The notes under the pieces: generated by a model
Databases searched by the model: none
What the model was told of the DNA's origin: nothing
What the model saw: only the letters and a program-made list of their open reading frames with translations
Translations under genes and position numbers: made by a program
Origin: Gemmatimonadales bacterium
Lineage (GTDB): Bacteria > Gemmatimonadota > Gemmatimonadetes > Gemmatimonadales > GWC2-71-9
Assembly: GCA_036379675.1 (NCBI GenBank)
Contig: DASVGF010000051.1
Coordinates: 1 to 54,121 of the forward strand
Direction: 5' to 3'
Length of the DNA: 54,121 nucleotides
Shown here: piece by piece, positions 30,611-40,333 of the stretch
Layout of the letters: the number at the start of each line of letters is the position of its first letter
How positions within the stretch are numbered: position 1 is the first letter of the stretch

Positions 30611-31369
30611 ATGGACTGGATAAGCAACCCCGAAGCGTGGATCGCGCTGGCCACGCTCACTGTGCTGGAGATCGTACTCGGCATCGATAACGTGGTCTTT
30701 ATCTCCATCCTGGCCGGCAAGCTGCCGCGCGACCAGCAGAACAAGGCGCGGCGGATCGGGTTGGGGCTGGCGATGCTGATGCGCATTCTCCTTCTCCTCT
30801 CCCTCACCTGGATCATCAAGCTCACCGCTCCGCTGTTCACGGTGCTGGGCGAAGAGATCTCGGGGCGCGACCTGGTGCTGATCGTTGGAGGCTTGTTCCT
30901 CCTGTTCAAGAGCACCCGTGAGATCCATGAGCGGCTGGAAGGCGAGGAGGGGCATGGGTCCGGCCGGGTCGCTCCTTCATTGGCCAGCGTGCTGATCCAG
31001 ATCATGCTGCTGGACATCGTCTTCTCCCTCGATTCAGTCATCACGGCGGTCGGGATGGCCGAGGACGTGGGGGTCATGATCACGGCCGTGGTGGTGGCGG
31101 TGGCCTTCATGATGCTCTTTGCCCGTCCGATCAGCGAGTTCGTGGATCAGCATCCCACGGTGAAGATGCTGGCCTTGAGCTTCCTGCTGCTGATCGGCAT
31201 GGCGCTCATCGCCGAGGGCCTGGATCTGCATATTCCGAAGGGCTACATCTACTTCGCCATGGCGTTCTCGGTCGGCGTGGAGCTGCTGAACCTCAGGATG
31301 CGCAAGCGCAAGGCGGAAGCGATCAAGCTGCGCCGCCCCTATGTTCCGGGCGAAGGCGGAGCGGCATAG
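30611..31369 (+). CDS. TerC family integral membrane protein
   Basis: LEIVLGIDNVVFISIL and LLDIVFSLDSVITAVGM show the duplicated TerC motif. Confidence 0.85.
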   Translation: MDWISNPEAWIALATLTVLEIVLGIDNVVFISILAGKLPRDQQNKARRIGLGLAMLMRILLLLSLTWIIKLTAPLFTVLGEEISGRDLVLIVGGLFLLFKSTREIHERLEGEEGHGSGRVAPSLASVLIQIMLLDIVFSLDSVITAVGMAEDVGVMITAVVVAVAFMMLFARPISEFVDQHPTVKMLALSFLLLIGMALIAEGLDLHIPKGYIYFAMAFSVGVELLNLRMRKRKAEAIKLRRPYVPGEGGAA

Positions 31370-31388
31370 AGCATAGGAGGAAGCGTCG

Positions 31389-31619
31389 ATGGAGTTCGAG
31401 GCACGTCTCAAGCCGGAGCACCGGCGTGATCATCCCGACCTGAGCGGCTACAAGTGGTACCCGGTAGTCCCGCTCTGGCCCGGCCTCACGGAGCGGACCC
31501 GGAACATGTCGGGCCAGCGGCTGGCCCGGCTGAAGACTTCGCAGGATTACATGATGATTCGGGCCGACCACCTGGAGTTCAGGGTCAAGGGATCCGGGGA
31601 GAACGAGGCCACTGGCTAG
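31389..31619 (+). CDS. Hypothetical small protein (76 aa)
   Basis: ATG ORF. No family recognised. Overlaps the probable start region of the next gene. Confidence 0.35.
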   Translation: MEFEARLKPEHRRDHPDLSGYKWYPVVPLWPGLTERTRNMSGQRLARLKTSQDYMMIRADHLEFRVKGSGENEATG

Positions 31620-32670
31620 ATTCCCGGCTCTCGGCCTTGCCGTGGTGCTGGCAGCATGTAGCGAGTCGAAGCCCCCGGCTCCCCCGGTGGAGCTGGCCCG
31701 GGGGGGCGACACCGTCTCCACCAACTTCGCGGCAGTTACCGACGCGGTGTGGCTCGGGGGCAGCCGCTGGGCGGTGATTGCCCCCAGCAACGAAGCCGTA
31801 GGGATCGTGGACTTCTCCGATCACCGCTACCGCCCCCTGGGCGCCAACCGGTCGAAGGAGCTCCGCAACCCGGCAACGGTCTTCCGCGCCGGTGACACAC
31901 TGTACGTGGGCGACTGGGGGCTGCGCCGTATCAGCCTCTGGACACCTGCTGGGAGGCTGGTGGGCTCCGCGCCCACCGCCGATGCGGTGAGGGGCACGCT
32001 GCCGCGGGCTCGCGACAACGCAGGCCGGTTCTACCTGGACCTCTACCCCAGGCCCGGGCCCGACGGGAGCGGCAACCGCGACTCCGCCGCCATCGTCCGC
32101 ACCGATCCCCGATTCACCCGGGCCGACACCGTGGCCCGGCTTGCCCCGCTCGACATTGCCGAGGTGACGGGAGACGCGGGACGCCGCTTCGAACGCCGCG
32201 TGTTCGGGGGGGCCGACGAGTGGGGTGTCCTGCCGGATGGCTCCATCTGGATCGCGCGGGTCTACGGGAACCGGGTGGACTGGCGGTCCCCCGACGGCAC
32301 GTGGACCCGGGGGCAGTCTCTCCCCGACCGCGTGCTCGAGGTTACTCGCTATGACCGGGAGCTTTTCATCCGGGGCTTTCCGCCGGAGCTGCGAGGCACC
32401 GCTCAGGACCTGCCGTTCGCTCCCCTGAAGCCGCCGTTCGAATCCGGATTCACCAGCGCGACCGGAGAGGTCTGGTTGGAGAAGAGCCGCGCGCCGGCGG
32501 ACTCTGCCCGCGCGTACCACGTGGTGGACCGCAATGGCCGCCTGATTCGCGAGGTCCGTTTACCCGGGCAGGGCCGGATTCTCGGGGTGGGCGCCGACGC
32601 CGCGCTGGTTGCCGAATCAACCAACGACGGGACCCGCCTCGTCCAGGTCCCCTTGCCTTCGATCAACTGA
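31612..32670 (+). CDS. Lipoprotein, tandem paralog 1 (beta-propeller-like); start codon uncertain (CTG 31612 or GTG 31642)
   Basis: Frame encodes ARFPALGLAVVLAAC (lipobox LAAC), but the only canonical start (GTG 31642) lies inside it. Shares W.AR..GNRVDWR.PDG.WT with 32682-33794. Confidence 0.6.
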   Translation: MARFPALGLAVVLAACSESKPPAPPVELARGGDTVSTNFAAVTDAVWLGGSRWAVIAPSNEAVGIVDFSDHRYRPLGANRSKELRNPATVFRAGDTLYVGDWGLRRISLWTPAGRLVGSAPTADAVRGTLPRARDNAGRFYLDLYPRPGPDGSGNRDSAAIVRTDPRFTRADTVARLAPLDIAEVTGDAGRRFERRVFGGADEWGVLPDGSIWIARVYGNRVDWRSPDGTWTRGQSLPDRVLEVTRYDRELFIRGFPPELRGTAQDLPFAPLKPPFESGFTSATGEVWLEKSRAPADSARAYHVVDRNGRLIREVRLPGQGRILGVGADAALVAESTNDGTRLVQVPLPSIN

Positions 32671-32681
32671 GGAATGCCAGA

Positions 32682-33794
32682 ATGAAGCTCGTCTTCTCCT
32701 TGAGCACCGTCACCCTCGCTGCGGCGGTGGGATGCACCAGAGCTGAAAGCCAGAGCGCCGTCACGCTCGATGCCACGCTGGCGGCCTCATATGGCGCCGT
32801 GAGCAATGTGGTGGAGCTGAAAGACGGCCGGGTGGCGTTTGCCGATACGAGGGACAAGCTGTTCCTGACCGGAGACCTCAAGAGCGGCAAGGTGGACACC
32901 CTCGGCAGCCGGGTTGACTCGCTCAAGCCGGGGGGGCCCGTAGGCCAATACAAGTTTCCCGGCTGGGTAGCGCATCTGGGAGGCGATACGGTCGCCCTGG
33001 TGGATTTCAGCGTGCTCCGCACGACCCTGTGGACCGAAAAGGGCAAGCCGCTGGGCGTCCTCCCCATCCTCGGCGTGGCGGGTGAAACCCCGGTGTTGCT
33101 GTACGATTCCGTGGGCCACGGGTACAAGATCGACTATCAGGCGATGTTCGGGCGCGGCGCCCCGGGCCGGGTGCTGCAGACGGATAGCATTCCCGTGCTC
33201 CGCATCCGCCTCAAGGGCGGCAAGGTGGACACCGTCGCAATGCTGGCCGGCCCGGAGCTGGGCGACGCGACCTTCGGCGAGCAGGTGCAGCAGGCGGCCA
33301 AGGTCTTTGCGCCCAACGACCACTTCGGGGTCCTGGGCGACGGCACCGCGTGGGTGGCGCGCGGGCATCAGAACAGGGTGGACTGGCGGGCGCCGGATGG
33401 GAGCTGGACCCAGGGAAAGGCGCGGGAGTACCCCAGGGTGCCGGTAACCCAGGCCGACCGGGACCGGGTCCTGGCCCAGGTGCGGGAGCAGGGGAAGCAG
33501 TTCGGCATGCCGCAGGAGCTGAAAATCGTCTACCCCTTCGCCGAGACCAGGCCTCCGTTCGACTTTGCATTGGGCCGGCCCAACGGCGAAGTCTGGCTCC
33601 AGCGGCCGCGGAGCCAGGAGGACGCGCCCCTGGTGTATGATGTGGTGGATCGCCGGGGCGAGTGGCGGCGCGCGGTTACCTTCCCGAAGGGGGCCACGCT
33701 CGCCGGGTTCGGGGCCAACGATGCGGTCTATGCGGTGATCAAGGGCGGGGACGGCAAGCGTACGGTGGGGCGGTATAAGGTCACCTCTCACTAG
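32682..33794 (+). CDS. Lipoprotein, tandem paralog 2 (beta-propeller-like)
   Basis: MKLVFSLSTVTLAAAVGC lipobox. WVARGHQNRVDWRAPDGSWTQG, EVWLQRPRS and YDVVDRRG motifs parallel the upstream gene. Confidence 0.7.
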   Translation: MKLVFSLSTVTLAAAVGCTRAESQSAVTLDATLAASYGAVSNVVELKDGRVAFADTRDKLFLTGDLKSGKVDTLGSRVDSLKPGGPVGQYKFPGWVAHLGGDTVALVDFSVLRTTLWTEKGKPLGVLPILGVAGETPVLLYDSVGHGYKIDYQAMFGRGAPGRVLQTDSIPVLRIRLKGGKVDTVAMLAGPELGDATFGEQVQQAAKVFAPNDHFGVLGDGTAWVARGHQNRVDWRAPDGSWTQGKAREYPRVPVTQADRDRVLAQVREQGKQFGMPQELKIVYPFAETRPPFDFALGRPNGEVWLQRPRSQEDAPLVYDVVDRRGEWRRAVTFPKGATLAGFGANDAVYAVIKGGDGKRTVGRYKVTSH

Positions 33795-34516
33795 TCCAAA
33801 ATCGGTGGCTGGTCTCCCGGCGGAGTGTTGGGCCCACCTCCATCGCTCCGACGCCGGTCGCGCCGCTGACCTTCCTCGTACCAGCGTCGGGTGATTTCGC
33901 CGGCCAGCTCGCGATTCCCCAGCCCGAAGGCCAGTCCCACCGCCAGGGCCGCCGCGCCGAGGATGAGGGTGAAGGCGGCCGTGACGATCTCCTCCGCAAC
34001 CCCCACCTGCTGCAACGCCATGAAGATCGAGATCACGATCACCGCCCCCTTGGCCACCTTGGCCACGGTCGGCACCCCGGCGACGCTGCCTGCGGACGCC
34101 ACGATCACCCCTCGCACGAACTCGCCCACGATGATGCCGAGGATCACGATCACGATGGCGGCGATGAGGGTAGGAATGAACGCGAGCATCAGCCCGAACA
34201 TCTCGTTGATGCTTTCCAATCCCAGGGCCGTGCTGGCGAGGAGAATGACCACCAGCATCACCAGCCAGAACAGCAGCTTGGTCAGCGCGCGGACCGGGTC
34301 CAGGCGGGAGCCGGTGCGGACGACCGCCTGATCGAGCCCCCCTGCCGATGCCATCCGGTTGAAGTCGAGCCGCTTGAGCGTATCATCGGCCCAGCGCTGG
34401 ATCTGCTTCGCGAGGAAATAGCCGGTGAGGAGGATGACGGCCGCGCCCACGAGGGCAGGCAGCACGTGGCCGATCTGCTCCGCGCCTATCAGGATCCGCT
34501 GCCAGAGTTCGTTCAC
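33791..34516 (-). CDS. Membrane protein with conserved-TM-helix repeats (mechanosensitive-channel-associated type)
   Basis: GTG 34516 overlaps the upstream stop (GTGA). Repeated helix-plus-short-amphipathic units. Basic/Pro-rich C-terminal tail. Confidence 0.55.
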   Translation of the reverse strand: MNELWQRILIGAEQIGHVLPALVGAAVILLTGYFLAKQIQRWADDTLKRLDFNRMASAGGLDQAVVRTGSRLDPVRALTKLLFWLVMLVVILLASTALGLESINEMFGLMLAFIPTLIAAIVIVILGIIVGEFVRGVIVASAGSVAGVPTVAKVAKGAVIVISIFMALQQVGVAEEIVTAAFTLILGAAALAVGLAFGLGNRELAGEITRRWYEEGQRRDRRRSDGGGPNTPPGDQPPILD

Positions 34517-35550
34517 GGTGAAACCTCGATCACGAGTTTGCCCATCTGCTCGCCCCGCTGCAGCCGCTCGAGGGCCGCAAGTGCCTCCGCCAGCGGCACC
34601 GTCCGGTCGATCACCGGCCACAGCTCTCCCTGCGCCGCGAGGGCTACGATCTCGGCGTACTCCCGGCGGTTGCCCAGCGTGGATCCCATGATGCTCCACT
34701 GCCGCCAGAAGAGCCGTCTGAGATCCAGGGAAATCATCGGTCCTGTCGTCGCTCCGCAGATCACCAGCCTGCCCCCGCGCCGCAGGGCGCGAAGCGAGTG
34801 CTGCCAGCTCTGTTCCCCGACGCTGTCCACCACCACGTCGGCCCCACGGCCACCGCTGTGCTTCCGGACCTCGGCCACCACGTCTGCTTCACGATGGTTG
34901 AGCAGGACGTCCGCGCCCAGCGCACGTGCCGCTTCCAGCTTGGCATCTGATCCGCTGGTGACGATGGTCTGGAGTCCGATCATCCGGGCAATCTGAAGGG
35001 CGGCCAGCGCCACCCCGCCGCCGATGCCCCAGATCAACACCGTCTCGCCCGGCTCCGCCCGGGCCCGGGTGACGAGCATTCGCCAGGCGGTCAACGTGGC
35101 CAGCGAAAAGGAAGCGGCCTGGGGCCAGGGCATTCTTGCCGGCACCGCCGCGAGATTGGCAGCGGGGACCACGATGTACTCCGCCGCCGTGCCGCCACAG
35201 TGCTCCCCTATGACCCGGAGCCCGTCGCAGAGGGACTCCTCGCCGGCTTGGCAGGCGTCACATTCGCCACACGAGAGCGCCGGGTTGATCATGACCCGGT
35301 CGCCGGGGCGGAACCCGGAAACCTCCGACCCCACCTCCTGCACCAGGCCGGCGCCGTCCGTCCCGATCACGTGGGGAAAGCTGTGAGTGGCTCCCGGGAG
35401 ACCCGAGGTGACGAACAGATCGAGGCGATTGAGGCCTGCAGCCTTGACCCGCACCAGTGCCTGGCGAGGCGACTGAATCGCCGGCTGAGGCAACTCCTGT
35501 ACCTTGAGATGCTCCAGCCCTCCGGCGGCAACCAGGGTCAGCGCCTTCAT
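34513..35550 (-). CDS. Zinc-type alcohol dehydrogenase / quinone oxidoreductase (MDR superfamily)
   Basis: MKALTL..., GTDGAG..VEVG, C..C..C..G structural-zinc loop (CGECDACQAG) and IWGIGGGVA nucleotide motif. Confidence 0.85.
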   Translation of the reverse strand: MKALTLVAAGGLEHLKVQELPQPAIQSPRQALVRVKAAGLNRLDLFVTSGLPGATHSFPHVIGTDGAGLVQEVGSEVSGFRPGDRVMINPALSCGECDACQAGEESLCDGLRVIGEHCGGTAAEYIVVPAANLAAVPARMPWPQAASFSLATLTAWRMLVTRARAEPGETVLIWGIGGGVALAALQIARMIGLQTIVTSGSDAKLEAARALGADVLLNHREADVVAEVRKHSGGRGADVVVDSVGEQSWQHSLRALRRGGRLVICGATTGPMISLDLRRLFWRQWSIMGSTLGNRREYAEIVALAAQGELWPVIDRTVPLAEALAALERLQRGEQMGKLVIEVSP

Positions 35551-35563
35551 CGGTGCAGGTACT

Positions 35564-37747
35564 TCAGAATGAGGGGGTAAGAATCTGCTCGCCTGACTTG
35601 AGCGGAACGGGCACGGGCGGGCTTCCCGTCGCCGTAGATTGCAAGAAGAGACTGAATTCCACCCGGCCTCGGGCTGCATCCGCAATGCGGCCTACGACGT
35701 AGGCCAGGCGGTCGCCGTCGCGGGACACGGCCAGCGCCGAGATCGGCTGTTCGGTCTGCAGGATCGATGTGGTCTTGGAGCCTCCCATCGCCAGCCGCAG
35801 GATTTTGGATCCTTTCGATCCGCCGCCACGCTCCACCGCAAAGGCCAGATCGCCGTTGGGGAAGAATCGCGGGCTCGCCTCACGCACCGAAGTACGCGTT
35901 ATCCGCCGCGGATTGCTGCCATCGATGCCCATCGAGTAGAGCTCCTGATTGCCATCGCGGGCCGAGACGAATGCGATGGTGCGCCCGTCGGGGGACACGG
36001 CCGGAGAGTGGTTGCCTCCCGGGGTGGCGGTGAGCACGACCTCACTGCCGTCCAGCGAAATGATGGCGATCTGGGTGCCGGTCCCGCGGGTCGAGGTGTA
36101 GACGATGCGGGTCCCGTCCGGCGTCCAGAACGGGTCGCCCTCGTTCCTCGGATCGGTGGTCAGCCGGCGCAGGTTCTGCCCATCGGCGTCCATGAGGTAG
36201 AGGTCGAAGTTGCCACCCCGGTTGGAGCTGAAGGCCACGCGGGTACGATCGGGAGACAGCGACGCCTGGATGTTGGTAGCGGTATCCGTCAGCAGCGGCA
36301 TCAGGGTGTGGGGACCGGTGACCCGGATCTGGTAGATCCCGTAGCTGCCCCCGCGGCTGGAGCTGAGGAGCAGGTCGGCGGTGACGATTACGTCGGCCCT
36401 GGCGCTCTTGCCCCACGGCGTCGTTGCGGTCACCGCCGCACGTCCCGGACCGACCCCTTCCACCACCCCACCCTCCCTGGCCAGCGCCACGTCCGGACGG
36501 TCGGAGCTCCACCGGACTGCGGGCGCCTTCCCCACCTCCCCGCCCGGTGCATCCCGAAGAATCGCCGCCAGGGTGGTGCGCTGGCCAATGGCGAGACCGG
36601 CGCGCTCCGGCTGCACCCCGATCTCCCCGGCGGTGACCTCGATGGTCCACACTGCCGGCCGTATGCCTGCGGTTCGAGCCGTGAGCGTAGTCGTGCCGAG
36701 GGTCCTGGGTGTGAGCATCCCGGAGCCGGGATCGAATGAGGCCACCGCGGTGTCGGCCAGCTCCCAGGTGACCCGGGCTTCCGGGATGGAAGTTGAATCG
36801 TCGGCTTCGGCCACGGCGGTGAACCGGCGACTGGAGCGAAGCGGGACCTGGATGGGGCCGGCACTCGGCTGCGGTGAGACGACGAGCGCCGCCGGGTCCC
36901 GGTGAACCGTCACCGGGATCCGGCGCTCCAGCGAGAGACCCGACGCGATGACCTCGGTCTTGCCCGCGCCGTGGGCGCGCACGATGCCGGTAGGGCTCAC
37001 GCTCGCCACGCTGGAATCGCTCGAGCGCCACTGCACCAGACCGCGGAGCTCGCGGTTCCCCTGGCTCGGAACCAGGGCACGCAGAGTGTCCACCTCGCCC
37101 GGAGCAAGGTTCAGCGACTGCCGCGAAAGGACGTACTCGGGGGGAGAAACCGTTACGGTCAGAGTAGCCACCAGCTTGCTGCCGGATGAGGCCTCGATCA
37201 CCGCCCGGCCAGGCGCGACGCCAGTGACCACGCCTCCGGTGTCTACCGTGGCGATCTCGGGATTCCGCGAGATCCAGGTCACCCTCCCCACCAGGGCCGG
37301 GCTTCCATCCTCCCGGACCGCCCGCGGGGTCACGCGTACGTTTTCGCCCGGGAAGAGACTGGCGCCGGCGGGGTCGAGAGTCAGAGAGGATACCGGCTGG
37401 GCTCGGGCGCCCGGAGGACTGCCGGTGATAAGCACCGCCATGGAGGCCCGCCTACCGCCGGTCCGCGCTTCGATCTTGGCCAGACCGGGGTTGACCCCGA
37501 CGACCGTCCCGTCCTTCCGGACCTGGGCGATCATCGTGTCCGAGCTCCAGAAGGTGAACTTGGCCGCGGCGATCAGGTTGCCGCGCGCGTCGAACGCGGT
37601 GGCGAACAGGGCCTGCTTCTGGCCCAGCCCCAGGGTCATGGTTTCCGGGGTAATCTGGACTTCGGCAACGGTCGGAGCCTGGGCCAGAGCGCCGTCGGGC
37701 CATGTTGCAAGTCCCAGCCCCAGGAGCAGATAGGTGGGTGTCCACAC
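35564..37747 (-). CDS. Exported protein: ~5 bacterial Ig-like (Big_2) domains plus TolB-like PD40 beta-propeller
   Basis: Repeated ...V.V.P....L..G....L.A...D..G......V.W.SS....A.V...G.V.G...G.A.I.A modules, then SPDG..IAF, G..ELY and DG PD40 repeats. Start uncertain (GTG 37747 or 37795). Confidence 0.75.
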   Translation of the reverse strand: MWTPTYLLLGLGLATWPDGALAQAPTVAEVQITPETMTLGLGQKQALFATAFDARGNLIAAAKFTFWSSDTMIAQVRKDGTVVGVNPGLAKIEARTGGRRASMAVLITGSPPGARAQPVSSLTLDPAGASLFPGENVRVTPRAVREDGSPALVGRVTWISRNPEIATVDTGGVVTGVAPGRAVIEASSGSKLVATLTVTVSPPEYVLSRQSLNLAPGEVDTLRALVPSQGNRELRGLVQWRSSDSSVASVSPTGIVRAHGAGKTEVIASGLSLERRIPVTVHRDPAALVVSPQPSAGPIQVPLRSSRRFTAVAEADDSTSIPEARVTWELADTAVASFDPGSGMLTPRTLGTTTLTARTAGIRPAVWTIEVTAGEIGVQPERAGLAIGQRTTLAAILRDAPGGEVGKAPAVRWSSDRPDVALAREGGVVEGVGPGRAAVTATTPWGKSARADVIVTADLLLSSSRGGSYGIYQIRVTGPHTLMPLLTDTATNIQASLSPDRTRVAFSSNRGGNFDLYLMDADGQNLRRLTTDPRNEGDPFWTPDGTRIVYTSTRGTGTQIAIISLDGSEVVLTATPGGNHSPAVSPDGRTIAFVSARDGNQELYSMGIDGSNPRRITRTSVREASPRFFPNGDLAFAVERGGGSKGSKILRLAMGGSKTTSILQTEQPISALAVSRDGDRLAYVVGRIADAARGRVEFSLFLQSTATGSPPVPVPLKSGEQILTPSF

Positions 37748-37868
37748 GGGCAGGCCGCGGCAGGCGCGGCCCCGGTCGCTGGGGGCGGGTTTCACCGAAT
37801 CGTTGAGTCCACAAAAATGGGATGAAGTGCGGTAATTATAGCGCACACAACGGGCTGCCGCATATGCC

Positions 37869-37898
37869 TTGCACAAGCTTTGAGGACGTGCATGTTAT
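37869..37898 (+). promoter_or_regulatory. Candidate sigma70-type promoter for 37978 gene
   Basis: TTGCAC (37869-37874), 18 nt spacer, TGTTAT (37893-37898) in a locally AT-richer divergent intergenic region. Confidence 0.25.
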
Positions 37899-37977
37899 AG
37901 GGTCTCGTTAGTGGCGGGCGCGGGAGCGCCTCGACCGGCGGCGGGTGGCGCCGCACATGCGCTTGGAGGGAGCGAAG

Positions 37978-38385
37978 ATGGCCGAGCTTCATTATATGGA
38001 GATGGGCTGGTCCGGCTCAGGCTGGATGGATCCGCTGCCGATGGAGAACACCCCCGCTCCGGCTCCCACCTCCAGACCTTCATCCTTCGATGACTTCAAT
38101 GAGCCCGCAGCGGCTCGCCCCCGTCCACCCGCGCGGAAGAAGAGCGCCAGGAAGAGCGCGAAGAAGAGCAGCTCCCGCAAGTCGGCCAAGCGCTCCAAGG
38201 GAGCCAAGAAGTCGGCGCGTAAAGGCGCCAGGAAGGCGGCCAAGCGCGGCGGCCGGAAGACGGCGCGGAAATCAGCCCGAAAGAGCGCCCGGAAGTCCAC
38301 CAGGAAGAGCGCCCGGAAGACCGCCAAGCGGGGCCGGTCCACCGCGCGCAAGCGGGCCAAAAAGGGCGGCCGGCGTCGCCGCTAG
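37978..38385 (+). CDS. Lys/Arg/Ala-rich histone H1-like basic repeat protein
   Basis: GGAGGGA RBS, ATG 37978. ~45-aa acidic/aromatic N-terminus, then ~90 aa of KSARK/KSAKK/RKTARK repeats ending GGRRRR. Confidence 0.55.
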   Translation: MAELHYMEMGWSGSGWMDPLPMENTPAPAPTSRPSSFDDFNEPAAARPRPPARKKSARKSAKKSSSRKSAKRSKGAKKSARKGARKAAKRGGRKTARKSARKSARKSTRKSARKTAKRGRSTARKRAKKGGRRRR

Positions 38386-38394
38386 TGGCTCCGA

Positions 38395-40251
38395 CTAGCC
38401 CTCGTCCTTCAGGCGGGCGAGGGCTGCGGCACAGTTGATCAACGCAATGTGGGTAAAGGCCTGGGGGAAATTCCCCAGAAACTCTCCCGTGGCCGGCTCG
38501 ATCTCTTCCGAATAGAGCCCGACGTGATTGGCGTGGCGTAGCATCCGGCGGAAAACCCGCTCGGCTCGTTCCCGCTCGCCGATCATTGCCAGTGCCTGCG
38601 CCAGCCAGAAGGTGCAGATCGAAAAGGCGCCTTCCTCTCCCTCCAGCCCATCCGGGTGACGGTACCGGTAGACCAGCTCGCCGTCCACGGTGGTAAGGTC
38701 CCGCGCGATGGCATGGACCGTACTGTGGACCCGGGGATGGTTCCAGGGAAGAAACCGAAACATGGGAATGGCCAGGGCGGCCGCATCCAGCGCATCACTG
38801 CCGTACGACTGGACGAACGATTGGCGCTCCTCGCTCCAGCCCCGCTCCATGATCTCAGCGTGCAGGACGTCGCGGGCCGTTTGCCAGGCCGCGGTGTCGC
38901 CATCGAGACTGAGCTCCTCGGCCATCCGCACCCCGCGGTCCAACGCCACCCAGCTCATCACCTTGCTGAACACGTAGTGGCGCACCTCGCCGCGCACTTC
39001 CCAGATGCTCGAGTCGGGCAGGTGCCAGTTCCGACTCACCCAGTCCACCAGCCCCCGCAGCACCCGCCAGGTGCCCTCGGTCATCTCGTGATTCCGGCGC
39101 CAGATGTCGGCGGTCTCCATGACCTCGCCGTACACATCCAGCTGGAGCTGGCCGACGGCGCCGTTGCCCACCCTGACCGGCTGCGACCCGTAGTACCCGG
39201 TGAGGTGATCGAGCTGGCGTTCGATCAGATCTCGTCGCCCGTCGATGCCGTACATGATCTGCAGGTGGCCGCCGCCCTCGTGCCGGCAGACCTTCTTGAG
39301 GAACCGCATGAAGTGGTCCGCCTCGCGGTGGTGGCCCACGGCGTCGAGGGCGGCCAGCGTAAACGCGGCGTCGCGGAGCCAGACGAAGCGATAATCCCAG
39401 TTGCGCATGCCGCCGATGGTCTCGGGGAGCGAGGTGGTCGGCGCGGCGATCATGGCGCCGGTCTCCGCGTGGGTGAGCAGCTTGAGCGCCAGGGCGGACC
39501 GTTTCACCATGCCGCGGTAGGGCCCGCGGTACTTCACGCCCGACGACCACTTCTGCCAGAACGCCGCCGTGTCGTCCAGCTTGCGGGCGCTTTCGTAGCG
39601 GTCGACCGGGTGGATGTCGTCGTCATCGTACCGCAGGACCAGCCAGCGCTCTTCCCCTTTTTCCAGGTGGAACCGGGTGGTGGCCATGGACTGCTCGACG
39701 ACCCAGTCGAACGGCTTCGCGCTGGAGAGGGTGAGAACCTGGTCGGTGCGGTCGGTCGCGAAGAGGCCGGCGCGAAGGAGCTCGAGGCGCGTGGTCCGGG
39801 CCCCGTACTCGAACCGCGGCATGAACACCATATCGAGGGCCAGACGGCCCCGGGTACCGCGCAGGCGCCGGTGAATCTCCGGATGGGGACCCGTAGGACG
39901 GCCGTCCTGGGCCACCGGCATGAAATCGGTGACCGTGACGATGCCGTCGTCAGCGGTCCGGAAGGTGGTCTCGAGGATGTTGGTGCGCGGCAGGTAGCGC
40001 TGGGTGGAGGTGTATTTCTCCGCCGGCCGGATCGACCAGGTGCCGCCGCGTTCCGGGTCGAGTAGCGCCGCGAATACGCTCCCGCTGTCGAACCGCGGCA
40101 GACAGCACCAGTCGATGCCGCCGTCCAGGCCCACGAGCGCAGCCGTGCGCATGTCGCCGATCAGTCCGTAGGAGGAGATCGGCTGCTGTCGAGCTGTGCC
40201 GCTGCGCCGGGCGGTGGCATCGGCCAGCGCCTGGGGCTGGACTTCAGTCAT
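38395..40251 (-). CDS. Glycoside hydrolase family 15 protein (glucoamylase/trehalase-like)
   Basis: YGLIGDMRTAALVGLDGGIDWCCLPRFDSGSVFAALLD N-terminal signature, alpha/alpha-toroid catalytic region with WLRDA and WE motifs. Confidence 0.85.
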   Translation of the reverse strand: MTEVQPQALADATARRSGTARQQPISSYGLIGDMRTAALVGLDGGIDWCCLPRFDSGSVFAALLDPERGGTWSIRPAEKYTSTQRYLPRTNILETTFRTADDGIVTVTDFMPVAQDGRPTGPHPEIHRRLRGTRGRLALDMVFMPRFEYGARTTRLELLRAGLFATDRTDQVLTLSSAKPFDWVVEQSMATTRFHLEKGEERWLVLRYDDDDIHPVDRYESARKLDDTAAFWQKWSSGVKYRGPYRGMVKRSALALKLLTHAETGAMIAAPTTSLPETIGGMRNWDYRFVWLRDAAFTLAALDAVGHHREADHFMRFLKKVCRHEGGGHLQIMYGIDGRRDLIERQLDHLTGYYGSQPVRVGNGAVGQLQLDVYGEVMETADIWRRNHEMTEGTWRVLRGLVDWVSRNWHLPDSSIWEVRGEVRHYVFSKVMSWVALDRGVRMAEELSLDGDTAAWQTARDVLHAEIMERGWSEERQSFVQSYGSDALDAAALAIPMFRFLPWNHPRVHSTVHAIARDLTTVDGELVYRYRHPDGLEGEEGAFSICTFWLAQALAMIGERERAERVFRRMLRHANHVGLYSEEIEPATGEFLGNFPQAFTHIALINCAAALARLKDEG

Positions 40252-40333
40252 TGCCAAAGTATAAGTCCGGCGTAATGGAACTTGCATCACCACGGCGACC
40301 GGCCCACCTTCCAGCACCCTTTCACTGATCGCT

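Noticed and set aside
37992-38360. 122-aa minus-strand ORF mirroring the basic repeat gene.
   Set aside because: It is generated by the repeat's sequence symmetry. The product is a Phe/Leu/Ala/Arg repeat without a start context, whereas the plus-strand ORF has an RBS and a sensible N-terminus.
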